In this document: positions 45,701 through 60,281 of the stretch, piece after piece
Layout of the letters: each line of letters starts with the position of its first letter
How positions within the stretch are numbered: position 1 is the stretch's first letter
DNA from: Chrysomallon squamiferum
Taxonomy: Eukaryota > Animalia > Mollusca
Assembly: GCA_012295275.1 (NCBI GenBank)
Contig: CM022665.1
Span: 21,204,001-21,268,000, forward strand
Reading direction: 5' to 3'
DNA length: 64,000 nt
The notes under the pieces: model-generated
What the model saw: only the letters and a program-made list of their open reading frames with translations
Database searches by the model: none
Told to the model about the DNA's origin: nothing
Position numbers and translations under genes: made by a program

Positions 45701-47065
45701 ACATACAAAAAAATTGATCTTGCAGCCCTCTGTTTCTCAGCCTAGTAGTTAGTCTTAACTGAATAAGCTAGAAATAAAATTTTCTTCACTGACCTTCATT
45801 TTAAGTTGTTCATTTTCTAAGAGAATATCAGAAATGTGAGTTTCAGCAAAAGTGTTAGGTTCGTACTCTCTGTTGTTACTTTCTCCGTTAACAAATCCTG
45901 TGAAATGTTTGTCAGTTTCTTCATTTCTTTCAACTTGTTTTTTCTTAGAACCTTTAACCTTCGTCTTTGGTTTTGTAACATCTGAAATACAAAATAATGT
46001 AATGTCAACAGTTAGTAATTAGTAATAAAGTTTTAGAATGTTTTGGATGCTTCTTTTTAAATGATCTATGAAAGATGACACAGTACATACAATTTAAGAA
46101 GATAAAGAGTCAGGGCAAATTTGTTGATTTCATAGAAAGACATAGGCAGAGAAAGTAAAACAGAAAAAAGAGACAGATAGATTATATTCTAATATATATC
46201 AATTTTTGGCTGCAACACAAAATGCAGTATTATGTTCATCTACTGAAGTGAAAAAAGACGTTAACAAATTTCATCTTTATCTACCTTTGCTGGCAGTGTG
46301 ACCCAGTCCTCGCATCATGTACACATGTTTTTCTTTCCGCAGTCGGTCAAGCGAAACACTGAGAACCTGTAACTCGTGGTTTTTGTCTCGTAGTTCTCCC
46401 TGTAGCTGTATCACCTGATTCTTCAAGTCTGCCTCTGTCTGATGATTTGTGCTCGAACCTTGAGTGAAACACACAAACACTGATTTGTTAGATTTTAAAA
46501 AAATGTTATGCTGTATGTGGAGTGAGTGAACAACGTCTGTGATCTCTCTTCATGACTCTGTGTGTGTGTGTGTGTGTGTGTATGATATGGACTGAATCTA
46601 CACTATATATGATCTAAGAGTAAACAAATAAATCTATGTATTTAGACAACTTGTTAGATCGATCACAAGTACTCATAAACTCAGAATGGAGTCACTAAAC
46701 TCAAAATGGACTCACTGATAAAATAATTCTCACTTTGTTGATTTTTCTTAATCTTGTTCAGTTCATTGGTCAGTTTGGCCACTTCAGTCACTTCTCTTTG
46801 GTATTTGTCCTTCATACAGACCAGTTCTTCTTCCAAGGCCATATACTTAGATTGTAAATTGAGGTCAGCTGCTGACTGGTCACTCTGAAATCCAGCCAGT
46901 TGATTTTCTAAATCTGCTATCCTCTCTTCAAACTGTAGCTGTATTCAGAAAACAAATATAATTTTTTTAAATTTAATATTTATTATTTATTAAGTAAAAT
47001 AAGTTTTTCTTAATGTTGGCCAGTTAACCCTACTTTCAAACTGGAGCTGTATTTAGACATCAAAG

Positions 47066-47101
<36 letters not shown>

Positions 47102-49253
47102 TTATTTAGTATATTACCTAACTATTTAATAAATAACAATAAATAAAATTAATAATACTGAAAGTGCGTTATAATTTGCTTTCAACATTCTAAAACCCAC
47201 CAAACTTATTTATCAATGATAAACAAAAACAAAACACACACAGCACTCTATATCCATCTGCTAAAACCTGTCCACCTATTTAATCTGTGAGACACAGTTT
47301 TGATTTCATTTTCAGATCTGTATTAAACACACAGATCAGAAATATATACCTTAATAGTGTTGTATTTCTGCTCCATGGATCTCAGCATCGTGTTGGCCTG
47401 TTCATCCTTTCCCTCCAGCTCGTTCTGCAGGTTGCTGATCTGTTTTTCCAGCACTTGCACAGTGGGAGACTTTGCAGTCATCTCCATGGCACTGGCTGCT
47501 GTCATCATCAATGCTGGCAGTGAGTTGGGGTATCGTTTCTTTATTATTTTCTCCATTTCCTTAATCTGAAACAAAATTTTCACTTACCTAATTCAGCATG
47601 GTAATGTTTTATACAGTCAGGTGATAATCTTCCATTAAATTAAGAAATGAGATTGTTCACTTTAAAAAACTCATTGAACGTTTGTTCCAATTCAATATAA
47701 ACTGAAACATGAAGATAAAGTTATAGTACATTCAAAATTATTATGAGGGAGAATTCAGTGATGATAGAGAACACCTTTTTATCAGCAGAATTATAATAAT
47801 TTTTATCACAGAATCAAACATTCTAGAAGCAGAAATTACAATATTTGAAGTTGAGGGATATGAAATATTTACAAACGTCATACCTGTCTCTGGTAGTCTT
47901 GTATCTTCTTAGCATCCGCTGCTCGTTCACGATTTCTTAATTTGTTTTCTTCCAACCTCTTACCTGCCTAAAAACATAAACAAATTCTCATTTAATATTT
48001 CTGTTCTAACAAAATAATTCAGCCATGTTATGTGCTAAATGAAACCAATATTGTGATAGCCTCCACAAATATATTTTTAATGGATATGATTATTTTTGAA
48101 AGTAATAATGTTTGTATGATCGTGATATGATAAAGGAAACTTGCTTCCACCTAAATAACAATTATTTTTATTATCCAGCTGCAAGGAATCTTTTTTCTAT
48201 CTAGCAGCAAGAAATGTCACTTACAGCAAGAAATCATTTCTAACTAGCATGAAGAGATTTTAACAAGCAGTAAGAAAGCAGCACAGTGAATGATGCTTTA
48301 ACCCATCAGATCAGTCAAGAACTCTAACACTGAGCAACTGCTTATTTATTTCAAAAAAAAAATAAATAAATAAAAATATTCTAAATAGTTCTACACACAT
48401 CTCAGCAGCCTACCTCAGTCTGAATCTCCTCGATTCGTTTCTTCAACTGCAGGATGGTTTCATCTTTCTCTCGTACTGTTTTCACATATTTGTCTAGAAG
48501 TTCCTGGTTTTCTGCATACCACTTCAACTTTTTCTTAAACTGCTCTACTTCCTCTTTGTGCTTCTTCTCCATCAGCTGAAATAATTGATAACATTTCTCC
48601 ATTAGTTTGACAATTTAATTATCCATAATATTAACAAATTTTAACAATATAATGTCTACTTGTCTTGGGACTCTAAAATATATTTTCTGTTTACAGTTAA
48701 GTTATTAACATATTGTTATATGTTTTGAAATGCTAAGGTGAAGTAATAATATAACAAGGTAATAATAATTATAAAATTTAAAAATAGTTATAACAATATT
48801 AAACAAATAAATAATTAATAAAATAAAATAAAATAAAATAAAATAACAAATAAACAAACAAAATAAATAAAATAGCAAATAAATAAATAAACAAATACAA
48901 TAAAATAAAATAAAAATTTAAAAAAATAAAATAGTAAAACACCTGTATTTGTTGTGGTTTTGCAGTGTTTGCTGTTTCGAGATCTTTACGCAGAGATTCA
49001 CGTTCTCGCACGAGCTGATCAATGTGCTGCTCCAACTCGTCCTTTGTTTGTTGTAAAACTCTAATTTCTCTTCTCAGATTCTCCTCTCTTCTCTAAAACA
49101 GAATTTTTTTACCACTCTATATCAACTTAACTACTGTGCAGTACAAGCAGCTATTTCCATTACATAATGACTGTACGTAGATGATTATTTCTGGATTCAT
49201 ATTGAACAGTGAGAAAGGTTTTATGTATTTTTCTTTTGTTTCTTCAGTCTCAT

Positions 49254-49293
<40 letters not shown>

Positions 49294-49595
49294 TGATCAA
49301 AACACTGCAGATTTACAAACATAACTTTCAACAAATTAAAAAAAACTTAAAATCTTCCTCACTTTGCTTTCTTTCACTTCTGCCTCCAACTCTGCCATTT
49401 TGCTGACATTGGCTGCCACTTCGCTGTTGCCGACAGCAATCTGCTGCTGAGCAGCTAGACTGGTTATCACTCCCTTGTTTCTTAACTGGTCTTCTTTCTG
49501 TTCCAACTGCGACCTTTTCAAAACACAACAATTTTGATCCATTTATAAATGATTCTTACCTGTTTAATAACAGTTTAAATTTGTAATACTGGACA

Positions 49596-49650
<55 letters not shown>

Positions 49651-49960
49651 CAAGGATCATTTATGTGAAATTCCGAAATCCAAAACTTTTTCTGTGCATC
49701 AGAAACAGTAACATCTTGTAGTTTTGGGATTGTTTTGCATACACTAACTTTATTTTATGAACTGTTTTTATAAACTGTGTATGAAATATAAATGGAATTT
49801 GTGTTCAGACTTAGATCCTATACTATGGCTACCTCCTTATATTCCAAAATTTGAAACATTCTGAAATCCAAATAAATTATTCTCAACCTGTGTCTGTCTG
49901 TCTATCTCTCTTTCTGCCTATCTGTTTTTTCTATGTCTATTTATCCATTAATCAATCTAT

Positions 49961-50003
<43 letters not shown>

Positions 50004-53000
50004 TAGATATAGATAAAGATACACAGATATAGAGATATAGATATAACATTAATTAGAAAACAATTGGGATCAATGTAAAACCTAAAAGTGTGGCAAATGA
50101 AGTTTGGACAGCAATATATATTAAAAAAAATATAATAAAATGCCTGAACAATTAAAAAATAAAAGTATTTAAGTTATGTATTATGAATTTAGGTATTTTT
50201 TACACTATTATTACTTTAAGTTTGTAACTTCTGTAACCAGTTTCTGGTTTTCTTTAAACATCTTCTCCTCGGTGAGTTTAGATTTTTTCTGCAAGTTTTT
50301 CATCTCTTCGTAGAGTTTGCGATTCTCGTCCTGATATCCAGAAAGCAACACTTCCTGGTCCCTGATTTCCCGTTCAAACATCTCAATCTTCTCATTAGTC
50401 AGGTTTGTAGTTTCTTTCAATTTCTTGCGCAGTTCTGATGGTTCATCAGTCCCATTCGAAACCTGCACATCATATATATATATATATATTTTTTTTTATT
50501 AATGTCATACACTATAACAATTCATTCTAATATTACACATCTAAAAAAAAGAAAAAAGTTATTTGTTACCATCTTTGTATCTCTTGACATGGAAATTTTT
50601 TCTCTGTCAGTCATATTATGATAGTGTTTGTTCCTATTATTTTTTTATGATGACAACTATTAATGATTCATATTACCAGTATTATTATCATCAGCATCAT
50701 TATTATTATTAATTATATGATTCATTTACTTTTTTAAATTCTGAATACAGACAACAGATTATAAGATATATTTATATACCTTTGTTTTTCAGACTGTGGA
50801 ATTAAAATTTCTAATACATCTGACATCATTTTAAATAAGCCACAATTCTGCTGATACTCAGTACTTGCTTTTTTTTATACCAGTTATGTCATTAAATGTA
50901 AATCTTTCATCTTTTTTTTTCTTGTTTTTAAAAAATGGTTATTTCACAAACCTTGGCAACAAGAACAAAGTTTTCTTGTTTCAGTTTAATGAGTTCATGT
51001 TCATGCTCAACCTGCAGTGTTTCAATTCGTTTCTGAAATGATTCCTCCATCGCAGATATGTTTTCTACAAAACAGCAATGAGAAAAATAATTAAATGTCT
51101 GTTTATCTGGAGCAAATAACAAATACAACCATTACAGGCTTCATACCAATGAAAACCTGTCTTCCAACTATGTTCAATATGCTGAAGCAGTTGTTAATCT
51201 TTGTACAGAATCAGGAAAATAGTAATCATGCAATTCAACATAAAAATAATTAAATAAATGAATAGATGGATATTCAAGGGAAAAACAGAAATGTGAAATA
51301 TTAAAAATAAATCTTTGTGTTTACCTTCAAGTTTGGCAGAATGTTGTTTTTCTTCTTGTAATTGTTTTTGTAAATCTTCTATCTCTTTGAAGACAATTCT
51401 GTCTTTCTGAGAATCTGGTAGTTTGTCAAATGGTGCTTGGGCTGAGAGAGATGGTTCTTCCTTTGACACCTTCACCTGAACAAAAACATTTAAACTTTAA
51501 TTTACATGACAAGGAATTGGATTTTATTCTTTCTCCAATACAGTAAACAATGAGAAAGATGGTATGTAAAACTAAATGTTTTTCATTTATTACAAATACA
51601 GTATCATCTGGTATTTTCAATTCTTCTGATCCCCTTCTTTCCCCCCCCTCTCTCTTTCTCTCTTTCACATTACCTTCTAACACAGTCATAAAAAAATGAA
51701 CTGTGTTTAAGATTTCTACATGAATATATACTTACATACACATATTTTGTCTTCCCATTTCTTTATGTATATATTTATTTATCAATCAAGTCTCATTAAT
51801 TTTCTGTTTCCTTATACTTGGATAAATATGAAAATGATAAAAAAGAAGAGAAGAGGGGAGAAATAATAATAATAATAATAATAATCACAGTAACAACAAC
51901 AACAACAACAACAATAACCATACCTCAGATATGTCGACACCAGAGAAATGGTTTTTGATGTACTGAGCGAAAGACTCAACCGAGTACCTGAGCTGACTAT
52001 CAACAAGTTGATGATGGGCTGCTGAATGATTCTGTTGTAATGGTTCTGAACCTGTAACACAAATAAACAACAAAATGTAATAAAAAGGTAATTGTGACTT
52101 CACTATGAAGCAAAGAAAACACTAAAAGCAATGTTCAGGTTAAAATACAAACACTACTTCATTATGAAACAAAGAGAACAATAAAAACTATATTTCTGTA
52201 TTAAATTACAGGCTATTTTATTATGAAACAAAACAATAAAAACAATATTTATATAAAAACATAAACACTATTTCCTTATGAAGCCAACAAAGCTATAAAA
52301 AAAACAATATTTGCATTAAAATGCAAACACTGTTTCATCATGAAACAAAGAAAATAAAGAAAGCAATATTCCTATTAAAAGATAGAGATTATGTCTTGAA
52401 ACATCAAACATAATTTGACCTGTAAGATATAATTTTGTCTTGATAACATCTAAATGGAACTTAAAAGTAACCACTCTTGAGAAATTGTCACTAATTAAGT
52501 ACTAAGATCCTTTAAGTTTTCTGTGTTTTTTTCTAGCTTGAATAATAAATACAGCCATACTTGTTAATAAATGACAGGAAAACCTACCATAACATCCGAT
52601 GCCCTGAAAAGGGACAGTATAAAGAAAGTGGCCCTTTTTGGGGTTATTTTCTGTAAAAATAAATCTGATAAATCACCTTTAATCTTCTGTTTTGCTACAT
52701 CAGCGGGTGACCATGTCTGTGTGTGACTTTTGGCCTTGGTGGGTGACTTGGAAGATGTCCTCATTGATGATGTTCTAGTGGGTGACACAGAGGGTGACTT
52801 TCTACCATATCCAGAGCTATGAACATGAGAATACTTTTTTGTTTTCGATTCTAAATGAAACAAAAATATTCAACAGAGTTAATATGTACATTTATTAACA
52901 AGTATGGCTGTTTTAATAGCAAATTATAATAAGATGTAATAATTGTATAACATTTCAGCGATAAAAGACATTGATTCACATGTACAAGCTGCATTTGAAG

Positions 53001-56000
53001 AAAAGATGATGAGAGACAGGTGCAAACAATATATGCAAATGTTTTCATCAAGATTTGTGAAAATTAAGAACAAAATATAGGATTTTATCATAATTTTCAA
53101 AAGAAGATAATGTATATTTGATGTGGCTTATCTCTTATTTAAAATGTTTGAGACCAGAAGCATTTTCTGAATTAGAATTATTCTGTTTTCAGATTGAACC
53201 ATTTAAAATCCTGATAAATAAAATACGAAATGTATGATTAAAAAATAAGATTTGTAAGTAAAAATAAAAATGACTAACTTTTGTTTCCTGCTGCTTTGCT
53301 GGATACTGTTGTTTCAGAGGTGTCATGTTTTCTGTCTTTTTTATTCTGCAAAGCCTTAATTTAAACAAATATATCGTTAAATAATTGTTTTTAAATCTCA
53401 TTTTAGTTTTTGTTATCATTCTTCTATACATAACATATATAAAAATATACTCAGAAATACAAATATAATGAAAACTAAATAGAAGTTGTTTAATACAGAA
53501 GTTATTCATGCTTGAAAAAGAATCTACATTAAAATAACATTAGTTTCATTATCAATAAAGGTTCTTTTTTTTTCAAATAAAGAAAGAAAGAAAGAAGAAA
53601 ATACAGAGAATATTTTTAGTAAAAGACAGACAATTTAAATTTAAATAAATTCACTGTATCTATCAAATATCCCAGTGAGTAATCTTTTAATTATTTCTTA
53701 TAACACAAACTAATTATTTTCTGTTTAACAAATGTAGATGAAAGAAAATATTTCAAACTTAAAAATATAATTTATTTTTTAATTTGTTGATATTTGTGAT
53801 AAAAAAATAAAATAAGGGGTTTAAAATAATTGTTTGTAAACAATGTTAACAATGATGTGCCAAAAAAAAAGAAAAGAAAGAAAAAAGCAAAAAAAACAAT
53901 ATATGATTTAAATGTTTAATTTTTTCTACAAAACAGGGGTAACTATGAAAAATCTACCCACATATACAGAATATTTTACACAGTCAATACTTTTTAAAAA
54001 TCATTAATTTTGGTATTTAATTTCTTTTGTAAACAGAATTATTAATAACTTTTTACTTGTTGCAAATTTAAATTTATCTATTGTTTTAGAATAGTGTTGT
54101 TTATAAAAAGTGATAAAAACTGACAATTTTTAGAACAATGTGCATCAGTCATAAAATAAATGAAATTTGATTTATTTAAAAAATAAAAATTATAACATCT
54201 GTTCTGACATCATTTTGAAATCTCATTTTCACTTTCATTCAGTATTATTTACTTCTTTATTTAAATCACTTCTGCAGAAATACAATGTTATTTCATTTTA
54301 AAGAACCAGTAAAGATTTATTAATTGGTAAATAATTGTTAACCATTATCTCTCAACTTCCTAATAACAGAATAATGTTTTTTAATTATCCAAATATACAT
54401 CTCAAAACAGTTTTAAAACAAGAAAATTTCACAATTCTAATGAAACAATCCAAAATATTTTAACACAGGAATTTTGAAGTTCTGTGGACAATATTCAAGA
54501 ACATATTAGAACTTCTAAATATATTATATTCATTTTTAAAAAGTTAGCTAACACATTGTAATAAACACAAAAGGTTATATGTTAAATTTAGTTTATTAAA
54601 AAAAGTAATAATAATAATAAAATTTATAAAAACAGCCATAAAAACACATTATGTGTATTTTGATATCAAATCAAAGCAATTCACTGAGTTGTACATTAAT
54701 TTGTATGTTCACACAAAAATGATGATATACTGATATTCTTCCTGCAATAGAGCTTTCTGGAATGGTCTGTATTTACTATAAATTACATGTTATTTACATT
54801 TTGTTTCTTCAAAGTTACTTCTTTAGTGTTTAATTGTTTAGATCTTTAAGAATTATTTTGTTTTGAGACAGCATGTATATGTCTGCTGAAAGTGATGAGT
54901 TGACAAGCAAAACAGTTAATTCCATTTAGGTTTTTTTTTATTACTTAGGACTGTAGGATTAAAGAAATAACTGATTACTGTCTTAAGATAATAGCTTTAT
55001 GCTGCTCAGGTTGAATAGCCTGATGCAGCTCAGTATAGACTCGCTTAATTGGGGCATTCTAACCTTCGCAGGATTAAACTAAGACAGCAGCCAGTTATAC
55101 CCTGTTTATTTAATATGTTTATATTGGCATCACACATATAAATGTTAAACTAGCCACACACAAGTGTGAAGACAGTTGTGTTTTTTTTTCAAAATCACAC
55201 ATGAATATACAAACACACATACTCACCTATGAATTTACAATCACATGCACACACACAGTCACACACACACACACACATACTTACTCTGAGAGAGGAGACA
55301 TGATGAATGTTACCCTTGAAAAACACAGTACATACTGATATGACATTATTATGCAAAGAGTATGTAATTTTAATCACACTGTCAATAAAAACAAGGAATA
55401 AAAGATGTCTTAAAAGACCTAAGAAATCTTTGAAAATCATTTGTTATTTCAGAAAATGCTATTAAAAATTAATATATATGTGTATGTGTGTGTGTGTGTG
55501 TGTATGTGTTATATACATGTATTTTTGTATATGTGTTTATTACATCTTTGATGATACTATACATAAAAATGAATAAAGATGAAATTTCAAATAGACAAGA
55601 AAGTAGCTGAAGAATAGGATAAAAAAAAAATAATGAAAAATTGTTATTTCTTATTTGTCATTCTGTGGATTATTAAGATATCTGGAAACATTTTGCTACT
55701 AAAATTGTCATTATTTTTAAAGAAAAATTATTAGTTCTAGTTTGTGATTCTGTGGGTCAGATAAGCTATCTGGAAACAGCTGGCTAACAAAATTATCATT
55801 ATTTTTAAAAGAATGAAGGAAACAGAATACTTAAGTTTGTTGAGAAATAAGAGTTTTAAAGAAAGATAAAGAAAACTTACAACTGCAGTGACAGGCTGGT
55901 AAACTTCTGTGTCATCGGTGTGTGAGTGGTCAAACCCTCCCCCTCTGTGGTCATCGTCCAGTCGTGACTGACGATGTAATCCTGAAACAAACAAGTGTTT

Positions 56001-58988
56001 TTAATATTAATATCATACACTGAATAATTTTTACACTTACAACTAATAATTATTATTAAGCCAAGTCATAAATAATGATGTAATACAGAAATAAACAGTT
56101 TTCAACTGAATAATGTTTACATTTACAACTAATAATTTTAATTAAGCTAAGTCAAAATAATCCTGAAATAAACAACCAACATGATTAAAAACCAAGAATC
56201 CATATCTCAGCCAAAAACATTTATTTATTTTCATCTTTCTCTAAAATCAGGATTTGTTAGGTAAACATTTTTAAAAACAAAATAATTCATGATAAAATTT
56301 TATGTTTTAAAAGTAATGCCTGTTAGAATCCAACTGTTTTTAATATTAACATCATATATAACTGCTGTTTATAAAGAGTCATAAAAAAAACCCCATCAAC
56401 TTTAAAACAATGTGCTTCAGTGAATGAAACAGGCTGCAAATAATCATAAACAAACATAAGAATAAAACTTTTGTTAAATCTCTTACTGCATGAGTCTGTA
56501 TAAACTATTTTGTTGAAGGCCTTGTTTTATTAGAAACAGAATATCAATGTATACATGTAGACGTTTAATTTTATGTTTGTGACAATGGCTTGCTTATTCC
56601 GTATTGATTCATTTCACCGTTTCAAAACATCACATCGCAAAAATCACATCTTACTTCTACTACCACTGCTAGGACTGCCTGGACTTGGTGGATCTTTATA
56701 ATCACTTGCACTGACTTCAATCAGTTGCTTTTTTGCTTTCATTTCCCTGACAATGTCATCAACTCCTCTCTCTTCACCTGTAAAATTAATTAACATGGAA
56801 CGTGAATTTAAAACCAGAAATTCAGAATCGACTGGATTAAAAGGAATATGTAAAATTCAGAATAATTGCATTAAAAGTTAGCTACATGAAATTCACAACA
56901 AAAACTGCATTAAAAAATAGCTATCTGAATTCAGAATCAGCTGCATTTAAAGTTAGCTATATGAAATTTAGAATCAATTGCATTAAAAGGTAGATATATG
57001 AAATTTAGAATCAATAATTAAAAGATAGCTAAAGAATATTCTGAATCAACTGCATTAATAGCTATATAAAATTTAGAATCAATGGAATTAAAAGTGTATG
57101 AAATTCAGAATCAATCGACTTAAAAGGTATACGCAACAACATTATGTTAGAAAAAATATCTTTTAAATCTCAAACCTAAGAATCAGTTGTGTACATAAAA
57201 AAAAAGTCTCTTAAATTTGATCTGAAAAAAATCATCATATATATATATAAATATATATAAAAAAAAAAATAAAAAAAAAGAAATACAAAATTCCTGAAGA
57301 GAACTAGAAATAAGATATAAGATGTTATTCACCTTGATTAATTCTGCTCTTGTTGTATCCAGAGTCTCCCATAACACGATCAGCTGTGTCATCTCTACCT
57401 GAGACACCTGTATGTTGATTACCTGTGTCTCTTACACCTGTGTTAGTCAACAGTGACATCATCTCACTGTCAGGTTTGTAATCTGTTGACATTCCAACTT
57501 CTTTTAATGCTTCATGCAGAGCTTCAATCTCTCGACTTGTGTTTGTCCCCACACCTCAATAAAATTAAAAATTATTAAAAATATAATTTAAAAATAAAAT
57601 AATGATATTAATAGTAAATAAATGAAGTTAAATGTGTGTCTATCATTATCTACCTGTGCCTGTTCGTGTTTTCATCATGTCCCCCTCATTATGATGCTCC
57701 TCCTGTATGCTGTCCTTAGTTTTTTCACCTGGAATGCTGGCCTTGGGGGAGGTGGTTGTGTTTAGGGTGGAATCCAAAGAGTCAAGAAGAGAAACTGGAA
57801 TTTAGAAATATTGATAAAATAAAACCACTGTTTATACAGTTCCATCTAAAAACAAACATAAATCATCTTCTGTTCTTCCTTAATATTACTGCATATTGTG
57901 AAGATTTGTATTCTGACCATTACTGTCAACTTATACTTACTGCTTAATAATGTAACTTGTTTTATTATAATACCAAATATGTTGGCTAAGAAGGAAATCA
58001 GTTCCACTAAATGATAAATATAAAAACTATTCACTGTGGATAGAAGTGGGGAAATGTCTTTTTAAATTACTAAAAATAAAGGCAAATATGTATTTATGGT
58101 AATGTCACCTATAATTCTGATTTCTCTACTGTATTTGTATCCACACATGAAAAAAATATATATAATTATTAAAAATTTACTTTATAAGAAAATAATGAAA
58201 TAAATTCTAAAAAGAAATGTTAGATGTGTAGTTATAATAATATCATGTTTCATTTCAATTTCTCTATTTGTATTAGTAACCACACCTCAAAAAAAAAAAA
58301 AAAAAAAAAAAAAAAGAAAAAAGTTAATAATAATTATTAAAAATATATATTTAAAAAGAAAATAATACATTCCAAAAAATAGAATTAAATGCACAAATTT
58401 ATAATAAGATTATGTACTGTTTTGATTTCTCTACCTGTATGTGTGGCCATACATGAAGAAAATTAAAATTACTGAAAATAAAATTTAAAAAGAGTAAGTG
58501 TAAGGTCACCCAACCCCACCCTCCCAGCAATTATGTATATCAATATTAATAATCCAAAGCTAATCTACTGATGATAGATTACTGATGAAAGAAACCTACA
58601 TTTACATATGTATGTAAAATATATTGTAGTTATAAAAGAAAGTTTCAAATATTAATCAAATGCTGACCTTTTGAAAGCATGCTCGGTTTTGCTTGAGATG
58701 AATCCTGAAATAAAAAATATATTTCACACATCAGTAGTTTTATACATGTTGTGTATAAATGTCGACTAAAACACTTTCATGGAACTTCACATATTTTTCA
58801 TTTTATCAGAATAGTCTAAACATTAAGCAGGATTAAAAAGTATTAATGAAAAATAATTTAAAAAATAAATTCATTCATTAATTAATTAATTACTAATAAA
58901 TAAATAAGCACATATAATTATAGTAATAATAAAATAATAAATAAAATAAAAATAAACATAATAATAAGTATATTAAGTATAAAAATAA

Positions 58989-59023
<35 letters not shown>

Positions 59024-60243
59024 CAAAGAGATGTTATTTGTTAATAATAAATAGGTTAAATGTTACACACACACACATAATATATATATATATATATAAT
59101 AACCTTGTCTGCTGATACACAAGAAGGTTTATTGTTAGGCTCATTCTCTTGTCCTCTCTCCTGTTCCTGAGTCTCAGAATCATTAAGAAGGCCCACAACT
59201 CTTGCAGCTCCAGAGGGAGACAACCCTATATCTGTTCTGCTCATTTCCTGATTCAGTTTGCTATAGTCCACAGTACCTTGTTCTTCCAAATCCTTGACAG
59301 TAACATATTTATTTTTATTAAATCAGATTTTATTTAGTTATTATTATTATTAGTAGTAGTAGTAGTAGTAGATAGCTGGAAAGGACTTTGAAATAATCCT
59401 GGTTTACAGAAATCCGGATTAGTCAAATGCCAGTTTTGACAGAGTCCATTGTAATTATTTATTTACTGACTAACTGACTGACTGACTCACTCACTCATTT
59501 ATTTACTGTTTTGGTGACATTTTTTAAAGTGTTTGTTGATTCTTTAATGTATTTAAATAGTGCATCCCAAAAGAAGGGTAACAGGTTTAAAACTGCTGTT
59601 TACATATTTTGTTACTGATGAATAAAGAAAACAAATTTAATAATTCAAAAGTTAGTATATCATACACACTACAAAAATTAAAAATATATTAAAAAAGCCT
59701 TTCATGAACAATTAATACTCTTATTTTAATAAACTTTTTCCAGCACAGTTATCAAATTATTCTATAAGAACTGTTTCCATTAAAATCGGTAACTTACTTT
59801 TACACTACAACTCAACTATTATCATAAGCACACAAAAATAAAAACCTGTTTCCAGGAAAATTTGCAGTTTTTCTATAAAACAATCACTGAATTTCTATCA
59901 TAAATACTGAAAATTGAAAAGAAAATGATTTTAAAAACTTTCTTCCTTTTTTTACCTGAAAGAATCTTTGTTTGTCAGCATTTTCCTCAAGTGTATCAAT
60001 ACCAGCACGAGCAGCAGCATCGCCCTCTCTGTCTGTGACAACATCTACAAAGCAACATCATTTTTATTTTAACTTTTTCTTTGTAATACAACATAATAAT
60101 AGTATCAAACTAAATACAACTGAAAGTGTTTCCACAATGCTATTTCAATATATTTACATACTTTCAAAAAATAACTATGTTTGTATTTATTGACAGATAG
60201 ATAAACAGACAGAGAGATACATATAGATACAGACACATAGGTA

Positions 60244-60281
<38 letters not shown>

